A stretch of DNA of 32,000 nt. It comes from Candidatus Azotimanducaceae bacterium. Lineage in GTDB: Bacteria > Pseudomonadota > Gammaproteobacteria > Pseudomonadales > Azotimanducaceae. This document shows positions 6,775 through 14,680 of this stretch, piece after piece (positions within the stretch are counted from its first letter, which is position 1; each line of letters starts with the position of its first letter). The position numbers and the translations under genes are program-made. The stretch is taken from positions 5,640,694-5,672,693 of the forward strand of contig OZ245781.1 of NCBI GenBank assembly GCA_965227885.1, given 5' to 3'. The notes beneath the pieces were generated by a model, which worked only from the letters and a program-made list of their open reading frames with translations, searched no databases and was not told the origin of the DNA.

Positions 6775-9378
6775 TTATCCGTCGAGGTTCCCAACTACCT
6801 GGGCAAGGTTTTGCAGTCGCGCAGTTTCGCGCTCACCAAGGGCCTCCTTTGCCGCCTCATAGTGCGCTCGCACCTTGGCTGTATCGCCTTTCATAGCCGC
6901 CAGGTACGCCGCTTCTATCTGCACCAATCCATCCTTGGGCTGCGCTTCAAGGGCAATCCCAACCCAACTCTCCACTTGCGATAGATCGACCCGGTTGCGG
7001 TACACCTGACTCAAGGTGGTAGCAGCTTGCGCCAACATCACGTCATTGGACGCCTGGCGTGCGGCATCGACCACCGCCCGCAGTTCCGCCACGGCCTGCG
7101 CCTCCTCACCAGACGCGAGCTTGATTTCAGCTGCTAGGCGGTTCCGCTCGAGAGTGAAGTTAGGCAGTTGTCCCACTTCGATCGTGTTTGCGACTGTTTG
7201 CAACATGGCGTCGGCTTCCGTGAGCTTGTCCTGCGCCATCAGCGTTCGCGCCACCCCCAGCATCGCTCGCACCTGGCCATAGATACGGCCGCCTTCTCGG
7301 TCCAGCGCCAACGCGTCTTCGTATAGCCTTTTCGCTTCATCGTGCTGGCCACTTTCAGCAGCATAGTGGGCTTTAAAGTTCAACGCAGTGGCATAAATTT
7401 CCAGTTCCGTCTGAGCATAATCACTGGCCAGTACCTCATCCGCCAGCACGTCCATATCTGCTACCCGACCCATGGACCAATAGAGGTTTGCGCGTCGCAT
7501 CTTGGATTTGATCAGACCCGGCGCGTCACCAATGCGCTCGCGCAGGTCTTCCGACTCCTCAAGATAGGCGAGCGATGCCTCCAGATCCCCAAGTTGAGCA
7601 CTGGCCCAACTCAGGTTGGACAGGGCGATGCCCTCACCTCGAGCGCGCTGCATGGCGCGGAAGTTCGCAAGGCCCTGGCGGTATTGGGCGAGCGCCCCTT
7701 CGTAGTCACCGGCGTCCGCATACGTGTTCCCTATGGTAATAAAAAAGTCCCCTGGGATGAGTTCGATGCCCGCATCGTTGTAGGCGGTGAGGGCCTGCCC
7801 AAGAAGCTCACGAGCCGCCAGGGGGTTGGCTCGCGCACGTTCCAGAATGGCGGAGTTAATCAACAGCACCGCGCGACGCTTATGATGTTCGCCGCGCACA
7901 GCTGCAGCCAACCCTTCCTCGTAGTGGCGCTGCGACTGATCCAGATCGCCGGTCAGGTCGTTGATAACGCCCAACTCATTTGAAAGCATGGCGATGGCCA
8001 GATCGTCCTCTTTGGCTTTGGCGTCTTCCAACAGGCGGAGATTACGGGTTTGAGCGCCTTCCAGGTCTCCCAGATTGCGCATCACTACACTCAGTTCGTA
8101 GTTCGCCCAGAAGTTGTCCGCGTCCGCATTTGCGGCAACTTCCAACAAATCCTTGGCCCGACCGAGATTGCCGGAGAGAAGTTCGTGCATGCCCCGAGCA
8201 AACGCCTGGTCAACAAAGACATCGCCTGTGCTGGGCATCGCTACGTCACCGGGCGCTTCTGGCTTGAGCGTTTGTATCAGGTGCTGACCCAACCTGCGCA
8301 CAGCACCCGCGGGAGTTGGCGCGGTAAACACGGGTAAATCAAATGTCTGCCCATCATCCGCATAGTAGCCCTGTGCCTCGTAATCACCGCCACGCTGATA
8401 GAGCGCGACACCCACCACCATTTTCAACCCCTCGGTCCTCGCCAGCAGTTCCACGGTTTCGGCGTCCAGGATGGGAGGCTCATTGCCGTCAGCACCGTTG
8501 GCGCTGTTCAGCATGCTCGCGGCAGGCACCGTTGGCAGGTCGACGCCCGTAAGCTGGGTATTCAACAGACTCATCATGCCAAGGCGTACCCAATCCAGTT
8601 CCGGATTTTCGGTCGCATTCACAACCGGAAGGACACCTATTCGCGTGACCGTTTCCTCATTCACGGCGGTTGTATCGCGAAAGTTCCATGCCAGCGAGAG
8701 CACCAGCGCCAGCCCCAGGACGCCGATCGTCCACCCTTGCACACCACCCCAACCTTCCTGGGATTTCAGCCGCCCTCGCGAGGGCAGTTCGCTGCGCAAG
8801 ACCAGTCCACCCGGGGTGGCTTGGTAAAACCAGGCGAACAGCAGGACCAGCGGGAAGCCAATCAATGAAATGCCAAGTAATGCCTGCTGTGGCCAACGAT
8901 CCCACTCGAAAGCTTCCCAGACCATGGCAGCAGCCTGATTGATCAGCCACGCGCCCGCTCCATAGGTAGTAGCGACCCGCAGCAAAGAGCGACGTCTTTC
9001 CTGCGCATCGATGGCTGACTCGGTGGCTGCAGACGGCTCAACCAAACGCACCTCGCCGACAAAGCGATACCCCTGACCATGGACAGTTTTGATGTACTGC
9101 TGGGTATTGGCATCGTCGTCCAGCGCCTTCCGCGCTTTCATAACCGCTCGGGTGAGCGCGGCCTCCGTGACTATGGTGCCGGGCCAGACGGTTTCCTGTA
9201 ATTCGTCCTTCGAAACCGTGCGGTGACGCTCCTGAATCAGAAAAATAAGCAGGTCAAAGGCGCGCCGCTGGATTTCCACCGGCTCATCCGCCTTAAAAAC
9301 CGCTTTCAGCGACTCGCTGACACGAAAATCGCCAAACTCGTAAGTTTCTGATTTTTCTATAGTTTCTTGTTCTGTCAC
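6775..9378 (-). CDS. CadC/OmpR-type winged-helix transcriptional regulator with transmembrane segments and a large TPR-repeat C-terminal region
   Basis: The N-terminus FGDFRVSESLKAVFKADEPVEIQRRAFDLLIFLIQERHRTVSKDELQETVWPG...YIKTVHGQGYRFVGEV is a trans_reg_C-type wHTH. Hydrophobic helices follow (AWLINQAAAMVW, ALLGISLIGFPLVLLFAWFY, WTIGVLGLALVLSLAW). More than 400 aa of TPR-like repeats come after. The start is GTG at 9378. Confidence 0.85.
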   Translation of the reverse strand: MTEQETIEKSETYEFGDFRVSESLKAVFKADEPVEIQRRAFDLLIFLIQERHRTVSKDELQETVWPGTIVTEAALTRAVMKARKALDDDANTQQYIKTVHGQGYRFVGEVRLVEPSAATESAIDAQERRRSLLRVATTYGAGAWLINQAAAMVWEAFEWDRWPQQALLGISLIGFPLVLLFAWFYQATPGGLVLRSELPSRGRLKSQEGWGGVQGWTIGVLGLALVLSLAWNFRDTTAVNEETVTRIGVLPVVNATENPELDWVRLGMMSLLNTQLTGVDLPTVPAASMLNSANGADGNEPPILDAETVELLARTEGLKMVVGVALYQRGGDYEAQGYYADDGQTFDLPVFTAPTPAGAVRRLGQHLIQTLKPEAPGDVAMPSTGDVFVDQAFARGMHELLSGNLGRAKDLLEVAANADADNFWANYELSVVMRNLGDLEGAQTRNLRLLEDAKAKEDDLAIAMLSNELGVINDLTGDLDQSQRHYEEGLAAAVRGEHHKRRAVLLINSAILERARANPLAARELLGQALTAYNDAGIELIPGDFFITIGNTYADAGDYEGALAQYRQGLANFRAMQRARGEGIALSNLSWASAQLGDLEASLAYLEESEDLRERIGDAPGLIKSKMRRANLYWSMGRVADMDVLADEVLASDYAQTELEIYATALNFKAHYAAESGQHDEAKRLYEDALALDREGGRIYGQVRAMLGVARTLMAQDKLTEADAMLQTVANTIEVGQLPNFTLERNRLAAEIKLASGEEAQAVAELRAVVDAARQASNDVMLAQAATTLSQVYRNRVDLSQVESWVGIALEAQPKDGLVQIEAAYLAAMKGDTAKVRAHYEAAKEALGERETARLQNLAQVVGNLDG

Positions 9379-9381
9379 GAG

Positions 9382-9420
9382 AGGTCAGGAAAAGGTCACA
9401 AAAAGATTGTGGCCGGGTCA
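9382..9420. promoter_or_regulatory. Helically phased direct repeats AGGTCA / AGGTCA / GGGTCA in the divergent regulator / globin-methyltransferase intergenic region
   Basis: AGGTCA at 9382-9387 and 9393-9398 (11-bp spacing), and GGGTCA at 9415-9420 (22 bp further on). Direct repeats at about one helical turn are the usual target geometry of OmpR/PhoB-type winged-helix domains. Confidence 0.3.
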
Positions 9421-9476
9421 GGACTCATAAACAGTCTACGACGAGACTTCCATCCAAGCCAGTGAGGAGGTTAACC

Positions 9477-10613
9477 ATGCACACCACCGTCAGCCTGAAC
9501 GAAACACAACTAGCGGCAGCCACAGAGACATTGTACGCACTCATGTTGGGCGATGATGACTTAAGCCCGTTTTTTGACGGTATGGACGTCGGCAAGATCG
9601 AACATCGTCAGCGACAGTTCTTGAGTCTTGTCATCAATGGTTCACCTGAAAGTTCTCAGGTAGACCTTCGCAAGGTGCACGCACCGCTGCTCGCTCGCGG
9701 CTTAAACCACCACCATTTCGACAAAATGCTTGATCACCTGGAAACCGCACTCGAAGAGGCTGGGGTCGACCCTGCAACTCGAGCTGCACTCGGTGCCCGG
9801 GTGGAAGCGTATCGCGAGGAAGTCCTCGGCGATGACTACACCCACTTCCCTATAAAGGAGAAACCCATGTTTGGACGCATCACCATAGCGCTCTACGCAA
9901 TCGTCAGCTACACCATAGGCATGGCGACTCTGGTCTTTTCAGCCGCCTGGATGGGCGGCTTTCTGGTGCCAACCCCACTGGACGCACCGGCCAGCTTTTC
10001 GGTCTTAGCACTGCTCGCGAATATCGGGCTTGTGGTTATGTTCGGGCTGCAGCACTCGATCATGGCCCGGCCTGCATTTAAGGCAAAGTGGACCAAAATC
10101 ATTCCGCCCGCTGCCGAGCGGTCTACCTACATCCTCGCATCTTCCATCGCGATGTTCGCCATGATGTGGTTCTGGCAGCCCTTGGGTGTGGACATCTGGC
10201 GTCTGGACGGCGCGGCTGCAGTCGCGCTCTACGCCCTCTTCGGGGTCGGTTGGGTCATTCTTGTGAGTTCAACCTTCTTCCTCAACCATTTCGATCTCTT
10301 CGGTCTGCGGCAGGCATGGTTGAACTTGCGGGGAATGCCCTATACCCACGTGCCTTTCGCCACCCCTGGTTACTACCGCTGGGTGCGCCACCCGATCTAC
10401 GTCGGTTGGCTGGTTGCAATCTGGGCTACCCCTACCATGACGATTTCCCACCTGGTGTTTGCGCTTGCGACCACGGTCTACATCCTGGCGGCCATCCCCA
10501 TGGAAGAGCGTGATTTGGAGGCAATGTTGCCTGAGTACAAGGATTACAAAGCCACCACACCCTCCCTCGTCCCGCGACCACAGACCAAAACACCAAAAGA
10601 ATCTGTGGCTTAA
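9477..10613 (+). CDS. Fusion protein: N-terminal truncated hemoglobin (group I 2/2 globin) plus C-terminal MddA/ICMT-like polytopic membrane methyltransferase
   Basis: ATG at 9477 is preferred over the track GTG at 9462, because GAGGAGG sits 6 nt upstream. Residues 1-120 carry trHb hallmarks (TLYALM B10 Tyr, SPFFDG, QRQFL, KVHAPL proximal His, FDKMLDHLETAL). Residues about 131-378 are hydrophobic. They carry LQHSIMARPAFKAKWTKIIPPAAERSTYIL, NHFDLFGLRQ and YRWVRHPIYVGWLVAIWATPTMTISHLVFA...MEERDL. These match methanethiol S-methyltransferase (MddA) / isoprenylcysteine carboxyl methyltransferase-fold proteins as I remember them. Confidence 0.8.
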   Translation: MHTTVSLNETQLAAATETLYALMLGDDDLSPFFDGMDVGKIEHRQRQFLSLVINGSPESSQVDLRKVHAPLLARGLNHHHFDKMLDHLETALEEAGVDPATRAALGARVEAYREEVLGDDYTHFPIKEKPMFGRITIALYAIVSYTIGMATLVFSAAWMGGFLVPTPLDAPASFSVLALLANIGLVVMFGLQHSIMARPAFKAKWTKIIPPAAERSTYILASSIAMFAMMWFWQPLGVDIWRLDGAAAVALYALFGVGWVILVSSTFFLNHFDLFGLRQAWLNLRGMPYTHVPFATPGYYRWVRHPIYVGWLVAIWATPTMTISHLVFALATTVYILAAIPMEERDLEAMLPEYKDYKATTPSLVPRPQTKTPKESVA

Positions 10614-10658
10614 GGCTGCCAGCGCTCGCCAGCCCTTTCTTCCACTCACCCGCCCAGG

Positions 10659-10692
10659 CCCGCTCTTCCTCCCAGGAGAGCGGGCTTTCTCA
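10659..10692 (+). terminator. Probable intrinsic terminator after the globin-methyltransferase gene
   Basis: CCCGCTCTTC / GGAGAGCGGG forms a 10-bp GC-rich stem (one G-U pair) with a 6-nt loop, followed by CTTTCTCAATT. The T-tract is weak. Confidence 0.45.
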
Positions 10693-10774
10693 ATTGTAAA
10701 ACTGTTGTTATGCGCGCAAACTTTTTGCCCGCAAGCTTCGACATACCAATCAACCCGGTAATAACAACAAAGAA

Positions 10775-11323
10775 ATGCTAGGTACGGTGACGGATGAAAC
10801 CTTAGTAACACGCGCATTGGCGGGTTCTAACGGTGCCTGGACAAAACTGGTGAAGAGGTATGAAAAACGCGTGTACAACTACGCTCTGAGAATGGTCGGA
10901 CACCCCGATGATGCATTTGATCTCATGCAGGAGGTGTTTGTCGGCGTGCACAGGAATCTTGGCAGTTTCCGAGGCGATGGCGCGTTCCCGGCATGGCTCT
11001 TTCGGATTGCCAGCTTTCGCTGCACCGACTATCTGCGACGTCGCAAGCATCACGAAGAGTTTGATGATGAACGCGGTTTCCTGAACGGTTCACCAGGACC
11101 CGAGGAACAGACGTTTACCACACACGCCAACCAGCAGATTACACGCGCGCTGAACACCCTACCGGATGATCAACGCCAGGTTGTGGAATTGAAATTTTTT
11201 CAGCATTTCACGTTCGAAGATATAGCAGGCCAATTGGGTATATCACCCAACACCGCCAAAACCCGCTTGTACAGTGCGCTGCGCAAGCTGAAACAGCACG
11301 AGGGTCTTAGAGATGCGCTGTGA
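10775..11323 (+). CDS. ECF-family RNA polymerase sigma-70 factor
   Basis: 182 aa. The region 2 motif DAFDLMQEVFVGVHRNLGSFRG...FPAWLFRIASFRCTDYLRRRK and the region 4 motif QRQVVELKFFQHFTFEDIAGQLGISPNTAKTRLYSALRKL are both present. Confidence 0.9.
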   Translation: MLGTVTDETLVTRALAGSNGAWTKLVKRYEKRVYNYALRMVGHPDDAFDLMQEVFVGVHRNLGSFRGDGAFPAWLFRIASFRCTDYLRRRKHHEEFDDERGFLNGSPGPEEQTFTTHANQQITRALNTLPDDQRQVVELKFFQHFTFEDIAGQLGISPNTAKTRLYSALRKLKQHEGLRDAL

Positions 11324-11963
11324 AGAAGTAAGTGAACTACTCATCGAATACGCGGAAGGTACGCTACCGCCGGATGTTGCCGCCCAGGTAGAAGCGGCTC
11401 TGCCCGGCTGTGATCAGTGTCAGGAAGATCTCGCGGCCATAATGGAATTCCGTACCATGGCATCCAGTTGGCACGATGAGGTTCCTCCCGCCTGGAAGAT
11501 TCCGGAGGTCAGCAACCAAAGCGCTGGCATCGGCGATTTTCTGGAAGGCTTTCGCCAATGGTTCCCAACGTTTGCTTCTGCCACAGCTTTAGTTCTGGTC
11601 GCTGTCCTGTACGCGCAAACACCAGCGCAGACGGGTCAGCTGCCATCCGGGCAGATGACCGACTATGAATCTCTGCCGCAGTTGCCGACCGCAACTCAGG
11701 CTGCATTTGACTCAGCGCTGGAGACCAACCGAGAACAACGTAAGCAGGAACTGACCACTCTGCTGGAAATGCTGACCGCTGAGATGAACCGGCGGTCGCT
11801 GGAAACGGAAGAGAGTATGCGTTTCCTAATCTCCTCACAAATAGAAGAACAACGCGAGCTGGATCAACTGTATCGCCAGGTTGATGCCCTTCTGAAAGAC
11901 GGACAGGCCAGCGTCGACCAGCCCGCAACCGAGACGCCGCAGGCCGAAGGAGTAAACCAATGA
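11313..11963 (+). CDS. Anti-sigma factor (zf-HC2-like N-terminus, single TM)
   Basis: It overlaps the sigma gene by 11 nt. The N-terminus is MRCEEVSELLIEYAEGTLPPDVAAQVEAALPGCDQCQEDL, followed by a TM helix FPTFASATALVLVAVLYA and a periplasmic C-terminal part. Confidence 0.75.
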   Translation: MRCEEVSELLIEYAEGTLPPDVAAQVEAALPGCDQCQEDLAAIMEFRTMASSWHDEVPPAWKIPEVSNQSAGIGDFLEGFRQWFPTFASATALVLVAVLYAQTPAQTGQLPSGQMTDYESLPQLPTATQAAFDSALETNREQRKQELTTLLEMLTAEMNRRSLETEESMRFLISSQIEEQRELDQLYRQVDALLKDGQASVDQPATETPQAEGVNQ

Positions 11964-12823
11964 AGCCAATCGCCTGGTTAACCATTTTTGTCTGGCTGTT
12001 CAGCGCCAACGCCGCCGCGCGCGACATTAATGACATCGAAGCGCATCAGCGTGAGACTCGTATCGTTGCCGATGTCATGCGCTCAGCCTTGCGTCAGGAA
12101 CTGCGCCAGGATGTCCGCGTCACCAACGTCTCGGCGGAGTACCTGCCGAAACAGGGCGTGCTGCTGTCCGTTACGCTGAACACCCCGTGGCTTAAAATCG
12201 ACGAAAGCGGCGAGCCGCACTTCGAGTTTCACGGCAATATTTCGCTGCCCGAAATCCCCGCGATGGTGAACAACATCCTGCAGGACCTGCAGATCAACGT
12301 CGCCCCTTACGAACCGGAAGCGCTGGAAGAATTGCGCGATTTGCGCGAGGAGCAACGTGAGCTTCGCTCTGAAGCGCGGGAGACTCGCGCGGAACTCAGA
12401 AGCGAGCGCAGGGAGCTGATCCGCAGCGAAGGGGATCATGAGCGCGAACAGATCGAAAGTGAAATTGCGCGTCTGGAAGAACAGCTGTCCCGCATCGACG
12501 CGCACTATGATCAGCTGACCGCCGAGATCGAAACCCAGTACCAGCGCATGCGTGAAGTCCGCGACGTAGTGCCTGCCGTGCCCACGCCTGTCACCCCGCA
12601 ACCGCCCCAGCCGGTGAATGTCGAAGAGGTGCTCACCCAGGCGGTCTGCGACTACGGCTCTACGCTGAAATCGCTATCGAGCCAGGAGTTTCTGACGCTG
12701 GCGGTGCGCAAGGGTAAGTCGACAAGCTACTACGCCTTTCGCATGGAACACGTGGATGCCTGCAACAAAGGAAATTTGAAAGTGCCCCGCCTACTGGAGC
12801 TTGCTTACCAGTACGAAGGCTAG
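11960..12823 (+). CDS. Secreted hypothetical protein with a highly charged coiled-coil segment
   Basis: ATGA overlap with the anti-sigma stop, and SD GAAGGAG 7 nt upstream. Signal peptide MKPIAWLTIFVWLFSANAAA. The central segment REEQRELRSEARETRAELRSERRELIRSEGDHEREQIESEIARLEEQL is coiled-coil-like. I recognise no family. Confidence 0.6.
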   Translation: MKPIAWLTIFVWLFSANAAARDINDIEAHQRETRIVADVMRSALRQELRQDVRVTNVSAEYLPKQGVLLSVTLNTPWLKIDESGEPHFEFHGNISLPEIPAMVNNILQDLQINVAPYEPEALEELRDLREEQRELRSEARETRAELRSERRELIRSEGDHEREQIESEIARLEEQLSRIDAHYDQLTAEIETQYQRMREVRDVVPAVPTPVTPQPPQPVNVEEVLTQAVCDYGSTLKSLSSQEFLTLAVRKGKSTSYYAFRMEHVDACNKGNLKVPRLLELAYQYEG

Positions 12824-12854
12824 GGTTTTCGCAGTCAGCCAACAGGCAAAGAGC

Positions 12855-13682
12855 TTAGCCGTCTTCCTCGTCATCGATGAGGTCCCGATAGGCACGCATG
12901 TGTCTTAGCGCACTCACCTCATCCCCCTTCAACTCGCAGATGCGAGCCAGGTTGTAGTGGGCATCAGGGATGGCTGGGGCTTGTTCATAAAAATCGGCGG
13001 CCTTGCCGGTTTCGTCCAGCTCATCAAACACAGTGCCCAGGTTATAAAACGCCAGCTGATGCCCGGGGCGGGCAGTGAGCGCAAGTTCATAGTGACGCTT
13101 GGCGTGTTTCAGATCGCCGCGTAGCTGGTACAAACGACCCAGGTTCACATGGGCATCCGCATTCTTCGGGTCCAGGCGAATGGCTTCCTTGTACGCATCC
13201 GGCGCCTTTTCAGGCTCTACCTCTTCGAGGTCCAGCCCCAGGTTGTACCATTCATCGCTGTCCAGGTCGCCGTTCTGTGCATCCAGGACATGGCGTTCAG
13301 CAATCTCTTCCACCTTGGCGATGGAAAGCTCCTGAGTACCGAAATCGAGCGCCGCCTGGCCGGTTTCCACTTCCCACACGTGGTTATCATCGCGCACAAC
13401 CACGTTGGGACCGTTGGCATAGATGCGCACGGAACTTAAAGACTGCACCTGTGAGAGTTCGGCTTTCAGTTTGACGAGCGCGCGATAGGTTTTGCGCACG
13501 CTGACGTTAGCATCGAGAAGACCTTTTGCGGTGCGAAGCAGCACCACGTCCTGGAACGAAAAGCGGAACTCGCCGCGTTCCCCACGCCCAGGGCTGACCA
13601 GCTTGCGCCGCACGTAGTGCCGCACCTGGTCGGTGTTCATGCCAATCAGATCGGCTACTTCTCTAGTGGTGTAGCCAGCCAT
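12855..13682 (-). CDS. MerR-family HTH protein fused to C-terminal TPR repeats
   Basis: The N-terminus YTTREVADLIGMNTDQVRHYVRRKLVSPGRGERGEFRFSFQDVVLLRTAK is a MerR-type HTH. The C-terminus has TPR units (WYNLGLDLE..., AHVNLGRLYQLRGDLKHAKRHYELAL, AFYNLGTVFDELDE..., AHYNLARICELKGD). It starts 26 nt downstream of the ku stop on the same strand. Confidence 0.85.
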   Translation of the reverse strand: MAGYTTREVADLIGMNTDQVRHYVRRKLVSPGRGERGEFRFSFQDVVLLRTAKGLLDANVSVRKTYRALVKLKAELSQVQSLSSVRIYANGPNVVVRDDNHVWEVETGQAALDFGTQELSIAKVEEIAERHVLDAQNGDLDSDEWYNLGLDLEEVEPEKAPDAYKEAIRLDPKNADAHVNLGRLYQLRGDLKHAKRHYELALTARPGHQLAFYNLGTVFDELDETGKAADFYEQAPAIPDAHYNLARICELKGDEVSALRHMRAYRDLIDDEEDG

Positions 13683-13708
13683 CGGGTCTAGTGCTCAAAG
13701 TAGTGGGG

Positions 13709-14578
13709 TTATTTAGCCTTTGATCTAGATTTAGATTTTGCCTTGGTTGCGCTCGGCTTTCTACTGGCACGTGCCGCCGTTTTGCGTTTTCCGCCGGATT
13801 TTCCATCCCCTTTGCCATCCACAGAGGCTTTGAGTGCCTCCATGAGATCGACAATCTTGTTCTCTTCGGCCGCCTCGGTGGGCACGCTGATTTCCTGGCC
13901 GTCAATTTTCTGCTGAATCAGCTCCATCATGCGTGAACGCACCACATCCTCGTACTGGTCAGGCTGGAACTCTTCATTAATCCGTTGCTCAATGATTTTC
14001 ACCGCCAGATCGAGCTCTGCCGCTTCCACCTCACAGGGCTCCAGAGGCACATCCTCAAAACTTCTGAGCTCGTCCTGGTGCTTCAACTGCTCCATAACGA
14101 GTCCATCGCCCATGGGACGCAGCAGCACCAGATGGCTTTTGCCACGGGCCGCATAACTGGCAAGGGCTGCCCGCTCGGTGGTGGCCAGCGCTTCTTTCAA
14201 GAGGTGATAGGAGCGAGCTGCACCTTTATCCGGGCCCATGTAGTAGACCTTGTCGATGTAGATGCGCTCTATCTCTTTTAACGGAACAAACTCTGCGATA
14301 TCGATGGCGTTGGTGGATTCAACGTTCATCGCTTTCACTTCGTCCTGGGTGAAGGTGACAAATTGGCCTTTAGCAAATTCGTAACCTTGCATCAGTTCTG
14401 AGCGCTCAACCGTATCGCCCGTATCGGCGGCCACGTATTGCTGTTTTACGCGGGAACCGTCTTCGGTCAGATAGTTGAAACGAATCGCTTTGGTGGAATC
14501 CACCGTGGAATACAGTTTGATCGGAATGGAAACCAGTCCGAATGAAATGGTGCCGGAACCAATGGCTCGTGCCGCCAT
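13709..14578 (-). CDS. ku: Non-homologous end-joining protein Ku
   Basis: MAARAIGSGTISFGLVSIPIKLYSTV... is the canonical bacterial Ku N-terminus. The protein is 289 aa with a Lys/Ser-rich basic tail. SD AGAGGAGG lies upstream. Confidence 0.95.
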   Translation of the reverse strand: MAARAIGSGTISFGLVSIPIKLYSTVDSTKAIRFNYLTEDGSRVKQQYVAADTGDTVERSELMQGYEFAKGQFVTFTQDEVKAMNVESTNAIDIAEFVPLKEIERIYIDKVYYMGPDKGAARSYHLLKEALATTERAALASYAARGKSHLVLLRPMGDGLVMEQLKHQDELRSFEDVPLEPCEVEAAELDLAVKIIEQRINEEFQPDQYEDVVRSRMMELIQQKIDGQEISVPTEAAEENKIVDLMEALKASVDGKGDGKSGGKRKTAARASRKPSATKAKSKSRSKAK

Positions 14579-14606
14579 AACAACCTCCTCTTGGCAGGGG
14601 GAGCGA

Positions 14607-14635
14607 AATATAGCCTAAGGTTAGCACCTTGACAA
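14607..14635 (-). promoter_or_regulatory. Predicted ku promoter with a dyad (AAGGT-tagc-ACCTT) in the spacer
   Basis: On the minus strand, -35 TTGTCA (14630-14635), a 17-nt spacer and -10 TATATT (14607-14612). The spacer contains the inverted repeat 14617-14630. The same TTGACAA core reads as TTGACA on the plus strand towards ligD, but no good -10 follows there. Confidence 0.4.
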
Positions 14636-14680
14636 ACACTCGTACGCGCGTGATTTTGCATTTTTAGGAGCGAAAAAAAC

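Noticed and set aside
10716-10745. Possible ECF-type autoregulated promoter (AAACTT-N16-GACAT) upstream of the sigma factor gene
   Set aside because: The match to GGAAC/CGT-type ECF promoter elements is too weak to call without a group-specific motif model.
10269-12601. Minus-strand ORFs of 182 aa (10269..10817), 175 aa (11509..12036) and 172 aa (12083..12601)
   Set aside because: They run antisense to the methyltransferase, anti-sigma and coiled-coil genes. Their composition is typical of GC-rich shadow frames, and none has a plausible start context.
14629-14657. A plus-strand ligD promoter using the perfect -35 TTGACA at 14629-14634
   Set aside because: No acceptable -10 hexamer follows at 16-19 nt; the best candidates are TGATTT and GATTTT. 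Only the ku-direction promoter is reported.
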